Assembly (NCBI GenBank): GCA_965224085.1
Contig: CBDCYI010000011.1
Coordinates: 1,568,001-1,632,000 of the forward strand
Reading direction: 5' to 3'
Source: Candidatus Marinacidobacterales bacterium
GTDB taxonomy: Bacteria > Acidobacteriota > Vicinamibacteria > Marinacidobacterales > SMYC01
Length of the DNA stretch: 64,000 nucleotides
Shown here: piece after piece, positions 38,593-48,452 of the stretch
Layout: each line of letters begins with the position of its first letter
Numbering within the stretch: the stretch's first letter is position 1
Made by a program: the position numbers and the translations under genes
The notes under the pieces: generated by a model
Seen by the model: the letters and a program-made list of their open reading frames with translations, nothing else
Databases searched by the model: none
Told to the model about the DNA's origin: nothing

Positions 38593-39807
38593 TCATGTCC
38601 CGAAAACACCGCTCTCCCGGAGACGCCGAAGTGCCTCGTTGTCGATGCCAAGCCGCTCGCGCAACACGGACTCCGTGTGCTCGCCGAGTATGGGCGGCGG
38701 CGCGTGGTCGCGTTCGCCCGCCTCGGAGAGCTTGAGGGGGTTACCCGTCAAAAGTAGCTCTCCGAGTTTCGGATGTTGCACATGAAGCTTCATGTTCCGA
38801 CTTTCTATCTGCGGATTCTCAAAAACCTCAGCGACGTTTTGTACACGGCCGACCGGGATGCCGGCTTCATCGAGGAGCGCGACCCAAGCCTCCGTACTCT
38901 TCGACGCGAAGATGGGCTCGAGCAACGCAGAAAGCTCGCGGTAGCGGGCGACACGGTCGGCATTGACTTCAAATTCGGGCACGTCGAGCTCCGGTCTTCC
39001 GACGACGGCGACGAAGCGTTTCCACAAACTGTCGTTACCGACACCGACGATGACGTGACTATCGGCCGTGCGAAACGCCTCGTAGGGCGTCAGCGACGAA
39101 TGCCGATTGCCGAGCCTGTTCGGAAGCTCGCCCGTCATCAGAAAACCCTGCGCCTGATAGCATAGCGTCGAGAGCACGCTATCGAACAAAGACACGTCGA
39201 TGCGCTCACCCGATCCTGTTTTCTCTCGACGATAGAGCGACGCCAAGATTCCCTCGCAGGCCATCATACCTGTCACGATATCGGCGAGCGAGGCGCCGAC
39301 TTTCATCGGCATTCCGTCGGGCTCACCCGTGAGCGCCATCCAGCCGCCTTCTCCCTGTATGACGGCGTCGTAGCCTGGCCGCTCACGAAGAGGTCCCGTC
39401 TGCCCATAGCCCGAGATCGAGCAATAGATGAGAGATGGAAGCTGCTCTTTGAGCGCCGCGTAGCCGAAACCGAGACGGTCCATCGTGCCCGGGCGAAAGT
39501 TCTCGATGAGAATGTCGGCAGTGTCCAGCAATCGAAGCAAAACGTCCTTGCCCCCGTCTTTTTTGAGATCAAGGCAGAGGCTTTTCTTGTTGCGGTTGAC
39601 CGCGAGGAAATAGGAGCTCTCACCATCGAAGAAGGGCGGTCCCCAGTGGCGACAGTCGTCTCCCGTGGGAGGCTCGATTTTGAGGATGTCAGCGCCCATA
39701 TCGCCGAGCATCATCGTGCAATAGGGCCCGGCGAGAATGCGTGAAAAATCGAGAACGGTGACGCCCGCTAGAGGAAGTCGTTTGCCCGCTTCCGAAGAGC
39801 TCATCAA
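38593..39807 (-). CDS. Family III CoA-transferase (CaiB/BaiF)
   Basis: LAGPYCT..LGDMGA, NRNKKS, ENFRPG and PGYD motifs. Confidence 0.93.
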   Translation of the reverse strand: MMSSSEAGKRLPLAGVTVLDFSRILAGPYCTMMLGDMGADILKIEPPTGDDCRHWGPPFFDGESSYFLAVNRNKKSLCLDLKKDGGKDVLLRLLDTADILIENFRPGTMDRLGFGYAALKEQLPSLIYCSISGYGQTGPLRERPGYDAVIQGEGGWMALTGEPDGMPMKVGASLADIVTGMMACEGILASLYRREKTGSGERIDVSLFDSVLSTLCYQAQGFLMTGELPNRLGNRHSSLTPYEAFRTADSHVIVGVGNDSLWKRFVAVVGRPELDVPEFEVNADRVARYRELSALLEPIFASKSTEAWVALLDEAGIPVGRVQNVAEVFENPQIESRNMKLHVQHPKLGELLLTGNPLKLSEAGERDHAPPPILGEHTESVLRERLGIDNEALRRLRESGVFGT

Positions 39808-40562
39808 GTGTAGCGGATCGCGATCCCCGTCACATTATCCTTCCCGCCGTTCTCGTTAGCGGTCGCGATGAGGCCAGTCACGAGTTCCTCGAGCGAAGGG
39901 CCAGCGTTCAGGATGATTTCCGTGAGCCGCTTTTCGGTCATCATCCCATGCAAGCCGTCGGAGCAGAGCAAGTAGAGGTCATCGCTTTGTAGGCTGTGCT
40001 CATCGACGTCGACGTCGATCTCCTCTTTCGCGCCGATGGCCTTCGTGATGATGTTCTTCATCGGATGGTTCTCGGCCTCCTCCGGTAACAGCACGCCTTC
40101 GTCCACTGCGGCTTGAACCCAGGAGTCATCCACCGTCAACTGGCGAAACTCGCCGTCGCGCAAGCAGTAGGCGCGGCTGTCCCCCGCGCTCACGAAGCTG
40201 ATGCTATGGCTGTTCGTGAGCGCTGCGACGATCGTCGTGCCCATGCCGGTGTAGTCCTGCCGACTATCCGCTTCCTTGAAGACTCTCTTGTTGGCAAGCA
40301 TCACCGCCGTTAGAAGGCGGTTGGAATTGATGGAGAGTTTGGGATCGACACCATAGGGCCAAGTGATCTCGTCCTCTTCGGACGAGCGCTGCACGAAATT
40401 GGCAACGGTTTCGACCGCCAGATGGGATGCGATCTCGCCCGCATTGTGCCCCCCCATCCCATCGGCGACGACGAAAAGCCCAATCGCGCTATCCACGAGA
40501 AGGCTGTCTTCGTTCAGCTTGCGACGAAGCCCTACATCCGTGGCGCCAAAGCTCTCGAACAT
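39804..40562 (-). CDS. PP2C-type Ser/Thr phosphatase (Stp1/PrpC-like)
   Basis: NED, VADGMGGH, GMGTT, GDSR, LCSDGL and GGKDN motifs. Confidence 0.94.
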   Translation of the reverse strand: MFESFGATDVGLRRKLNEDSLLVDSAIGLFVVADGMGGHNAGEIASHLAVETVANFVQRSSEEDEITWPYGVDPKLSINSNRLLTAVMLANKRVFKEADSRQDYTGMGTTIVAALTNSHSISFVSAGDSRAYCLRDGEFRQLTVDDSWVQAAVDEGVLLPEEAENHPMKNIITKAIGAKEEIDVDVDEHSLQSDDLYLLCSDGLHGMMTEKRLTEIILNAGPSLEELVTGLIATANENGGKDNVTGIAIRYT

Positions 40563-40691
40563 CGTCGTCTCTGGGTTGTATCTTGACGCGATTTCCCGCT
40601 GGTACGCGAATAGGGATGAAGCACGTCTCTGAAAAAGCAGGATAACACTACTATTTACAAGGGTTCAAGGATTGCTCCGAGCCCACCCACG

Positions 40692-40721
40692 TTGACAGTC
40701 CCTCCGGTTGCTTGCTAAATT
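40692..40721 (+). promoter_or_regulatory. Sigma70-type promoter
   Basis: TTGACA-N18-TAAATT with an extended TG. Confidence 0.55.
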
Positions 40722-40758
40722 AAGTCTTGCGCTTCGGAAAAAAACTCGTGGAAACTGG

Positions 40759-41472
40759 ATGTCTCGTTATCGTGTTCTCCTTGTAGAGCCCAACGCCGAA
40801 CTCCGGCGCATTTTTTCCGACCATTTCAAACGCTCCGGCTTGGAAGTGGTCGACGCGATCGACGCAGGAAGCGGGCTCGAGACTTCACGGCGTCACTGCC
40901 CCGACATGATTGCCTGCGAGACGGAGCTCCCGGGCGGCGCGGACGGGCTCGAGCTCGTGCGCGCGTTGCGAGCAGACTCAGACCTCAAGAGCATACCCGT
41001 GCTGATCCTCTCCGGCTCGATTACACCCGAAGAGCGTTGGGAAGCGATTGCCTCGGGAGCGGACGATTATCTCCTGAAGCCTTTCACCATGCGCAAGCTC
41101 ATTTACCGCTGTGAACGGCTCATCAGTTTCTACCGAAGCAACGAGCCCGGAGAGCTATCCGGAGATCTCGCGCGCTTCAAGAGCACGGATATCCTGCAAA
41201 TGCTCGAAGCCAACCAGGCGACGGGTGTCCTCCACATCGACGGCAACCACAAAGGCGAGATACATCTTCTCGACGGCTCCATCTGCGGCTGTTTCTCGAA
41301 CGAGGTCAAAGGCGAAGAAGCGGCCTACCGGCTGATACCGGTGCGCGTTGGCCGGTTTCACTTCGTCCGGGCCAACATCCGGAGCAACATCGAATCCGTT
41401 CGCTCCACCACCGAGTTCATGATGAAAGCTTTCCGCCGTCACGATGAAAGCGAGAAGCAGCCGGCGCAATAG
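40759..41472 (+). CDS. Atypical response regulator (receiver plus DUF4388)
   Basis: Receiver fold with GADDYLLKPF and Glu at the phospho-acceptor position; C-terminal LSGDL...DILQML...TGVL. Confidence 0.85.
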   Translation: MSRYRVLLVEPNAELRRIFSDHFKRSGLEVVDAIDAGSGLETSRRHCPDMIACETELPGGADGLELVRALRADSDLKSIPVLILSGSITPEERWEAIASGADDYLLKPFTMRKLIYRCERLISFYRSNEPGELSGDLARFKSTDILQMLEANQATGVLHIDGNHKGEIHLLDGSICGCFSNEVKGEEAAYRLIPVRVGRFHFVRANIRSNIESVRSTTEFMMKAFRRHDESEKQPAQ

Positions 41473-41531
41473 GTTTTTGTTCCGCTATTCGGTGTTTGCC
41501 TCCTACCACTTGGTCCCGCTCATTTCTTGGC

Positions 41532-42593
41532 TCAGAATAGGCTGACCTTGATTCTTAAGTATTTCTTCGGGTCTTCGCGGATGTCGCCGATGAGGCCTTG
41601 GAGCTCGGTCGCGGTCTTGTTTAGGTTCTCGTAGAGCTCGCGGTCGTGGAGGAGCTGACCGGCAGTCCCTTCGCCACGCTCGAGCCGGGACGTTATCGAG
41701 CCGAGGTTCGCCGAGAGCGAGTCGAGCTTGTCATAGAGCTCGCGTTCACGTAGCAACGCGCCGAGGGTTCCCTCTCCTTGATCGAGGCGGTCGGTCGCGC
41801 GGGCGAGGTTCTCGGTCGTCGTCGAGATCTGTCGGCCGATCTCGCGATCGTAGACGAGCCGTCCGATGGCGCCTTCACCACTGTCGATGCGCACCACCAG
41901 ATCTTTCATGCTGACGATGAGCTGATTGAGATTGTCGTAGATCTTCGGGTCGTGGATGAGCTTGCCAAAAGTACCGTCCTGGCGATCGAGGCTCGCAAAA
42001 ACATCCTCGGCCCTCGTTACGAGAACGAGGAGCTGATCGTGCAGCTCTTCTCGTTTGAGTATAGCCCCGAGCGTCCCTTGCCCGTCTTGGATCTCGGCCG
42101 CGAGGTCGCGAATATCTTTCATTGTGCTGGAGGCGTCGAGGATGATGCCCTTGATAGGGTCACCCTCCGCTTCACCGGGAATCTCTCCCCCGTCCTCGAT
42201 GGAATCGCCTCTCAGCTCGCCTGGGTCGACGTCGAGCATCTTTTCTCCCAAGACACCGAGGCTTCCAACGGTCACGAGCGAGGTCGTCGTGATGCGGTCT
42301 TGCACGTCGGTGCGGATCGTCATCGTCACTTTCACGGGCGCCGGCGCATCGGCCCCGGCAAACTCCACCTTCTGGACCGAGCCGACCTCGACTCCCGAAA
42401 GGTGGATCGGCGAGCCGGCTTTCAGGCCGTTCACATCGCGGAGGTAGCTGTAAACCGTGTACTGCCCGCCAAGAAAAGGCAGCCCTCCTTCGCGGGTAAT
42501 GTACATGGTCGCCGCCATCGCGACGATGAGCGCGATAGCCACAACGATGCCGACTCTGAGCTCGGCGTAGGTGATAGATTTTCTGCCTGGCAT
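41532..42593 (-). CDS. mlaD: MlaD/MCE family protein with long helical repeats
   Basis: ELRVGIVV TM, NGLKAGSPI.LSGVEVG and repeated G(E/Q)GT(L/A)G.L units. Confidence 0.9.
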   Translation of the reverse strand: MPGRKSITYAELRVGIVVAIALIVAMAATMYITREGGLPFLGGQYTVYSYLRDVNGLKAGSPIHLSGVEVGSVQKVEFAGADAPAPVKVTMTIRTDVQDRITTTSLVTVGSLGVLGEKMLDVDPGELRGDSIEDGGEIPGEAEGDPIKGIILDASSTMKDIRDLAAEIQDGQGTLGAILKREELHDQLLVLVTRAEDVFASLDRQDGTFGKLIHDPKIYDNLNQLIVSMKDLVVRIDSGEGAIGRLVYDREIGRQISTTTENLARATDRLDQGEGTLGALLRERELYDKLDSLSANLGSITSRLERGEGTAGQLLHDRELYENLNKTATELQGLIGDIREDPKKYLRIKVSLF

Positions 42594-42632
42594 TTTCACT
42601 CTCCCTCGAAGCGGCTCGCGTTTCTCATTTTT

Positions 42633-42672
42633 ATCGGCTCAATTGGCTCCATTCGCTCAATTCGCTCCATTC
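42633..42672. repeat. Degenerate 9-bp tandem repeat between mlaF and mlaD
   Basis: ATCGGCTCA ATTGGCTCC ATTCGCTCA ATTCGCTCC ATTC. Confidence 0.8.
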
Positions 42673-43495
42673 ACCGGCCCGGTATCTGACCATCCAAGAA
42701 CTTCCTCACATAGGGCTCGTCGGAACGGAAGAGCTCTCTTTGCGGGCCGGCAAAAACGATGCGGCCTTCATTGAGAACGATGAAATCGCTCCCCACGAGT
42801 AGGTCGACATCCTCTATCCGGTTGTAGATGAACTCGCCGTTCTTGCGCATCACGAAGCTTTGCACGACCTGAAAGGCGTCCCGCAATTGATGAGTAACGA
42901 GGACCGACGTCACCCCTTCGAGATCTCGAAGCTTCACGATCAGATCGCAAATCGTCGAGCCGGTGATGGGATCGAGCCCCGTCGTAGGCTCGTCATAAAG
43001 GATGAGTCCCGGGCGATGGGCCATCGCACGCGCTACCGAGACGCGCCGTCTTTGCCCTCCCGAGAGATCCGAGGGCGCCCGCTCATAGAACTCTCCGAGC
43101 CCAACGAATCCGAGCATGCGGCTCACGCGCTCCTCGACCTCTTCATCGTCGAGTTGGTCGTGCTCTCGCAATCGAAAGCCGACATTCTCCGCGACCGAAA
43201 GCGAGTCGAAGAGCGCGCCTTCCTGGAACACCATTCCGATCCCGGCGCGCACCGGCATGAGGGCGGACTCTCTTAGACCAGAGATATCGACGCCACCGAC
43301 TTCGATGACGCCGGATTCCGGCTTGATGAGCCCGAGCACGAGTTTGAGAATCGTCGACTTTCCCGACCCGCTTCCTCCGATAATGATCACGGTGCCGCCC
43401 AACGCGACGTCGAAGCTCACGTCTTTCAACGTGTAGTCTTCGTTGCCGGGATAGGCGTAGTAGACGTTTCGGAACGAGATCGCTAGCGTCGGCAT
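42671..43495 (-). CDS. mlaF: MlaF/Mkl-type ABC ATPase
   Basis: GGSGSGKS, MVFQEGALFDSL, LSGGQ and YDEPTTGLDP motifs. Confidence 0.92.
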   Translation of the reverse strand: MPTLAISFRNVYYAYPGNEDYTLKDVSFDVALGGTVIIIGGSGSGKSTILKLVLGLIKPESGVIEVGGVDISGLRESALMPVRAGIGMVFQEGALFDSLSVAENVGFRLREHDQLDDEEVEERVSRMLGFVGLGEFYERAPSDLSGGQRRRVSVARAMAHRPGLILYDEPTTGLDPITGSTICDLIVKLRDLEGVTSVLVTHQLRDAFQVVQSFVMRKNGEFIYNRIEDVDLLVGSDFIVLNEGRIVFAGPQRELFRSDEPYVRKFLDGQIPGR

Positions 43496-43498
43496 CGC

Positions 43499-44275
43499 TC
43501 AGGGATACACGAACTTTAGCACCAAGAGATTGAGAAAGTAGTCGGTGGCGAGGATCAATACCGAAGCAACGACCACAGATTGGGTCGTCGACTCGCCCAC
43601 GCCGCGCGTTCCGCCCGTGGTCGTGAGCCCTTGATAACAGCCGACGGCGACGATGATATAGCCGAAGACAAGAGGCTTCACGAGCCCCATGAACAAATCG
43701 TGCAGCTTGATCGCATCGAGCGCCGAATGCCAGTAAAGGCTCGTCGCGAGACGCAGGGTAAACCTGGCGACAAGAAAGCCGCCAACCATGCCGACAGCAT
43801 TGCTCAACACGGTCAGCACCGGCACCATGATGACGCCCGCGATCATGCGCGGCACGACGAGCTTTCGGATGGGATCCGTACCGAGCGAGCGTAAGGCGTC
43901 GATTTGTTGCGTAACAACCATCGAGCCGAGCTCCGCCGCCATTCCAGAACCGACACGGCCGCTCACCATCAGCGCCGTGAGCACTGGTCCGAGCTCACGA
44001 AGCATCGATAGCGACACCATCCGACCTACATAAGGCCGCGCGCCGAACGCATCGAGCGTGGCCGAGCTCTGCACCGTGAGCACCATGCCGGTGAACAGTC
44101 CGGTCAACGTCACGATCGTCAGCGAGCCCACCCCAATCGAGTCCATCTGCTCGAGTGTCTCACGCCAGTATCGAGGCCTCGAGAAGAGACTCACGAAGGC
44201 GTCGAACGAAAGTTTCGAGAACGCCTGCAGAGCCGCGAGCCGCTCTTTGACCCAGTTACTCGCCGCGTTCACCAT
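43499..44275 (-). CDS. mlaE: MlaE permease
   Basis: RELGPVLTALM..GRVGS..AAELG.M and GVGESTT.SVV motifs. Confidence 0.93.
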   Translation of the reverse strand: MVNAASNWVKERLAALQAFSKLSFDAFVSLFSRPRYWRETLEQMDSIGVGSLTIVTLTGLFTGMVLTVQSSATLDAFGARPYVGRMVSLSMLRELGPVLTALMVSGRVGSGMAAELGSMVVTQQIDALRSLGTDPIRKLVVPRMIAGVIMVPVLTVLSNAVGMVGGFLVARFTLRLATSLYWHSALDAIKLHDLFMGLVKPLVFGYIIVAVGCYQGLTTTGGTRGVGESTTQSVVVASVLILATDYFLNLLVLKFVYP

Positions 44276-44276
44276 T

Positions 44277-44496
44277 CTAATGCTCAATGCTCGCTCTCTC
44301 TTGAACTCTGCGCCGAGCTCGCCTGATCTGTCGTCGGCGCATTCGCGCCGGGCTCGCTCCGCTCGCAGCAGAGTGCAGATGACTTTTCAGCACTCTGCTA
44401 ATGCTCAATGCTCGCTCTCTCTTGACCTTGCGCCGAGCTCGCCCGGTGTGCATCGGGCCGAAGGCTGCGAATGTCCATTTTTTAGCAGCCTGCTAG
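44277..44496. repeat. Two tandem, diverged ~100-120-bp units (MITE/REP-like) with a 46-47-bp shared block and hairpins
   Basis: CTAATGCTCAATGCTCGCTCTCTCTTGA..GCGCCGAGCTCGCC at 44277 and 44398; stems AGCAGAGTGC/GCACTCTGCT and AGGCTGC/GCAGCCT; ends at the CTAG of the uvrB stop. Confidence 0.8.
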
Positions 44497-46532
44497 TGGC
44501 GGTCTCCGCCCGTTCGGTCGAACAGCTCGATCTGTTTCAGCTCGCGAATTCGATCCCGGTGCTCCGCGGCTCCTTCGAAGTCGAGATCTTTCGCAGCTTG
44601 CTTCATCTTTCGTGTCACCCGCTCGATCTCGCGCCGAATCTCTTGCGGGCTGCCAAAAAGCAAATCGTCTTCCGCAACACTCCCGGCGTCGCCTTTCTCG
44701 TCTTTTTCACCGTCGCGGATCACGCCGCGGATTGATTTCACAATCGTCTCGGGCGTGATGCCGTGCTCGTCGTTATATTCCTTTTGCAGTCGGCGCCGAC
44801 GTCCGGTCTCGCTAATGGCGCGCTTCATCGAATCGGTTTCTTTGTCTGCATAGAGAAGCGCCATACCGCTCAGGTTACGGGAGGCCCGGCCAATGGTCTG
44901 GATGAGCGAGCCCGCCGAGCGCAAAAAACCCTCTTTGTCGGCGTCGAGGATCGCGACGAGGGAGACTTCAGGCAAGTCGAGCCCCTCGCGCAACAAATTG
45001 ATGCCGATGAGAACGTCGAACTCTCCGAGTCGCAGGTCTCGAAGAATGTTCATACGCTCGAGCGTATCGATGTCGGAGTGCAGATAGCGGCACCGTACGC
45101 CGAGCTCGGTATAGTACTCGGTCAAATCCTCCGCCATCCGTTTCGTCAGCGTCGTCACGAGCACACGCTCGCTCTTGTCGACGCGCTTGCGAATCTCGTC
45201 GAGAAGGTCATCGACCTGGCCACCGACCGGACGCATGTCGATTTCGGGATCCATGAGGCCGGTGGGTCGAATGATCTGCTCGACTACAACGCCACCGCTA
45301 CGCTCGAGCTCGTAGGGGCCGGGCGTGGCGGACACATAGACCGTGTGCCCGATCCGGAACTCGAACTCCTCGAAATTCAAAGGACGGTTGTCGAGCGCCG
45401 ATGGCATGCGAAATCCGTATTCGACGAGGGTCTCTTTCCGGGCGCGATCGCCGTGATACATCCCGCGAACCTGAGGCACCGTTTGATGGGACTCGTCGAT
45501 GATAATGACCGTGTCCTTCGACAAATAGTCCATTAGCGACGGCGGCGGCTGGCCCGGTTTCAGCCCAGTGAAATGGCGTGAGTAGTTCTCGATACCGTGA
45601 CAATAGCCGACCTCTTGCAACATCTCGAGATCGAAGAGCGTTCTTTGCTGGATACGCTGCGCTTCGAGAAGCTTGCCTTCACCGTGCAACTTGCGGTGAA
45701 ACCAATCTAGCTCCTCACGGATCGTATCGATGGCGCGAACCGTTCGCTCGCGGGGCGCGACGTAATGAGTCTTCGGAAAAATCGTGACCCGCTTCATCGG
45801 CCACAGTGTTTTCCCCGTAAGCGGGTCGAATTGTGCAATCGACTCCACTTCATCACCGAAAAGCTCGAGGCGAACACCGAGATCGTCATAGCCCGGAATG
45901 ATCTCGATGACGTCGCCGCGCACGCGAAAGGTGCCACGGCTCAAGTCGTAATCGTTGCGCTCGTATTGGATCTCGACGAGCTTGCGCAACACCGCCGCGC
46001 GATCGATCTCGTCGCCCTGCTCCACGTTTAGGAGCATGCCGTAATAGGCCTCCGGCGAGCCGAGACCGTAGATGCAAGAAACGCTCGCGACGATGAGCAC
46101 GTCTTCGCGCTCGAAAAGAGAACGCGTTGCGGAGAGCCGCATGCGGTCTATCTCGTCATTGATCGTGGCTTCCTTCTCGATAAAGGTGTCGCTCGCCGGC
46201 ACGTAAGCTTCAGGCTGATAGTAGTCGTAGTAGCTTACGAAATACTCGACCGCGTTTTCGGGAAAAAACTCCTTGAACTCCTGATAGAGCTGCGCCGCGA
46301 GCGTCTTGTTGTGCGCGATCACAAGAGCTGGACGGTTGACCGCTTCGATGAGCTTCGCCACCGTGAAGGTCTTGCCCGAGCCGGTCACGCCCAGGAGGAC
46401 CTGGTCTTTTTCGCCCTGCTCGAGACCGCGTGTCAGCTCTTCGAGTGCTCTCGGCTGATCCCCTTCGGGCTCAAAGCTCGAAGAGACGCGGAACTCACCG
46501 GAGCGCCTTGCTGGCAGCGGATGGGTAGCCAT
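44493..46532 (-). CDS. uvrB: Excinuclease ABC subunit B
   Basis: [26 protein letters not shown] and C-terminal UVR motif. Confidence 0.98.
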   Translation of the reverse strand: MATHPLPARRSGEFRVSSSFEPEGDQPRALEELTRGLEQGEKDQVLLGVTGSGKTFTVAKLIEAVNRPALVIAHNKTLAAQLYQEFKEFFPENAVEYFVSYYDYYQPEAYVPASDTFIEKEATINDEIDRMRLSATRSLFEREDVLIVASVSCIYGLGSPEAYYGMLLNVEQGDEIDRAAVLRKLVEIQYERNDYDLSRGTFRVRGDVIEIIPGYDDLGVRLELFGDEVESIAQFDPLTGKTLWPMKRVTIFPKTHYVAPRERTVRAIDTIREELDWFHRKLHGEGKLLEAQRIQQRTLFDLEMLQEVGYCHGIENYSRHFTGLKPGQPPPSLMDYLSKDTVIIIDESHQTVPQVRGMYHGDRARKETLVEYGFRMPSALDNRPLNFEEFEFRIGHTVYVSATPGPYELERSGGVVVEQIIRPTGLMDPEIDMRPVGGQVDDLLDEIRKRVDKSERVLVTTLTKRMAEDLTEYYTELGVRCRYLHSDIDTLERMNILRDLRLGEFDVLIGINLLREGLDLPEVSLVAILDADKEGFLRSAGSLIQTIGRASRNLSGMALLYADKETDSMKRAISETGRRRRLQKEYNDEHGITPETIVKSIRGVIRDGEKDEKGDAGSVAEDDLLFGSPQEIRREIERVTRKMKQAAKDLDFEGAAEHRDRIRELKQIELFDRTGGDRH

Positions 46533-46641
46533 GAAACGGGCCTATAAGTATATACGAATCCAGAACTTAGCACGTGTGAAGGAACTGGTCAAACCCGAAC
46601 GAAGCCCATTCGGATCGCGGCAACGGATGTGAATGGCTCAG

Positions 46642-46989
46642 CTACGCGAGCGCGCCGCCCTTTTTCTTGTTGTAGGTGCGGTAGTCGAAGCTGCGTTCCT
46701 CGGCCTCGCCGAGACGAAGGCCCTCGTCGTGCTTGAACATATGGATGGCGTCGTAATCGGGCGGGCAAAACTTCGCGCAGAGCTGACAGCCGATGCAAGT
46801 ATCCACGTTGACCTCGCAAACTTCGCCCATCGCGCTGGGCTCAGGGTCGGGCACAAGATAGATACAATCTTGGACCGGGCAGACATGGATGCACATCTCG
46901 CATCCACGACCGAAGCACTTCCCTTTGTCGACGAAGGCCAACATCTTGGGTTGTTTCTTCCGTGGCCCGGTGATCAATTTGTCCTGCAT
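46642..46989 (-). CDS. 4Fe-4S dicluster ferredoxin-like protein
   Basis: CFGRGCEMCIHVCP and CIGCQLCAKFCP motifs; GGAGG SD. Confidence 0.88.
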   Translation of the reverse strand: MQDKLITGPRKKQPKMLAFVDKGKCFGRGCEMCIHVCPVQDCIYLVPDPEPSAMGEVCEVNVDTCIGCQLCAKFCPPDYDAIHMFKHDEGLRLGEAEERSFDYRTYNKKKGGALA

Positions 46990-47089
46990 CCGCTTGTGTC
47001 CTCCCTCGCAATGTAATTATATCGAAACCGGTAGACAAAACACCAGATCTGGTGGCTAGGGTCTACGTAAACAACTATACTCGGTTGAC

Positions 47090-48304
47090 ATGGCGAGCGT
47101 AGATCCCGAATCCCGGCTTTATCGGAAAGGCCTCGGCCTCAGAGCGCAAGTGCAAGAGCCTCTGAGAAAAGACTATGAGGGCCTCATCGTGGACTTCGCC
47201 CGCGAGCGCGACTTCAAGCTCGTCGCCGGCGAGCTCACCTTCCGGCTCGCCAGGGAGTTCGGATTCTGCTACGGCGTCGATCGCGCGGTGGAGTATGCCT
47301 ACGAGGCGCGTGCACGCTTTCCCGGCAGGAAAATCTTCATTACGGGCGAGATCATCCACAACCCATACGTCAACCGGCGTTTGTCGGAAATGGGGGTCGA
47401 ATTTCTCGATGGCCCCTATGGAACCGACGAGAAGTTTGCCTCCATCACCAACGACGACGTCGTGCTCCTCCCCGCTTTTGGCGTGAGCACCGGCGAGCTC
47501 GAGATTCTGCAGAGAAAGGGCATGGTCCTCGTCGACACGACGTGCGGTTCGGTGATGAACGTGTGGAAAAACGTCGAGCACTATGCGCGGGACGGCTTCA
47601 CATCCGTGGTCCACGGCAAGTGCGGGCACGAAGAGACCAAAGCAACCGTCTCACGCGCAACAAACGGCCATGGGCACTATCTCGTCGTCCGTGACTTGAA
47701 CGAGACCGATATCGTTTGCGACTACATCGAGACATCGCGCGACAAGGCACGTTTCGTCGAGTTTTTCTCGGACGCGGTCTCGCCCGGTTTCGACCCCGAT
47801 AGCCACCTGACCCAAATCGGACTCGCCAACCAAACGACCATGCTCAGCAGCGAGTCGCTCGAGATTGCGGAGCGGCTCCGGCAATCGATGGTGCGCCGCT
47901 ACGGCGAGAGCGAGCTCGAAGCTCGCTTTCGCTCTTTCGATACGATTTGTAGCGCGACCCAGGAAAGACAAGATGCCGTTGTCGAGCTGTGCGAGGAAGG
48001 CGTCGATCTGATGCTCGTCATCGGAGGCTACAACAGTAGCAACACGGCGCATCTCGCCGAGATTTGTTCGGCGAGATTCCCGACCTACCACATCGCAGAT
48101 TCTCACTCCATGGTGTCCCCCGCCCTCATCCGCCACAAACCCCTTCACGATCAGAACGAAGTGGATGCTACCGATTGGCTTCCGGAGGGCACTCTCAAGA
48201 TCGGTGTCACCGCCGGCGCCTCGACGCCCGACGTCAAAGTTGACGAGGTCATCGATCGCGTTCTGGGGTTTCGCGGCCTCACGAGGCACGACGTGACCGC
48301 GTGA
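47090..48304 (+). CDS. ispH: 4-hydroxy-3-methylbut-2-enyl diphosphate reductase (long form)
   Basis: FGFCYGVDRA, DTTC, NQTT, DTICSATQERQ, NSSN and GASTP motifs. Confidence 0.95.
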   Translation: MASVDPESRLYRKGLGLRAQVQEPLRKDYEGLIVDFARERDFKLVAGELTFRLAREFGFCYGVDRAVEYAYEARARFPGRKIFITGEIIHNPYVNRRLSEMGVEFLDGPYGTDEKFASITNDDVVLLPAFGVSTGELEILQRKGMVLVDTTCGSVMNVWKNVEHYARDGFTSVVHGKCGHEETKATVSRATNGHGHYLVVRDLNETDIVCDYIETSRDKARFVEFFSDAVSPGFDPDSHLTQIGLANQTTMLSSESLEIAERLRQSMVRRYGESELEARFRSFDTICSATQERQDAVVELCEEGVDLMLVIGGYNSSNTAHLAEICSARFPTYHIADSHSMVSPALIRHKPLHDQNEVDATDWLPEGTLKIGVTAGASTPDVKVDEVIDRVLGFRGLTRHDVTA

Positions 48305-48452
48305 ATCGCTATTTTCGCGCTCGCACAATTTGCCTACCGGGTGGTAAGCCACCGAGTGGGTCCGTCGCGACCTTTCAGATATAATTGTCTGACTAGCACG
48401 GGGTCTTACAACATCGAACGGGCTTTTCAAGTTCACGTCGATGGAGGTTTGC

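Noticed and set aside
44277-44443. Direct repeat pair as a possible CRISPR array
   Set aside because: There are only two non-identical ~46-bp copies with a ~75-bp spacer, and no cas genes in the window.
46533-46620. LexA box upstream of uvrB
   Set aside because: GAAC half-sites are present, but not with GAAC-N7-GAAC or GAAC-N4-GTTC spacing.
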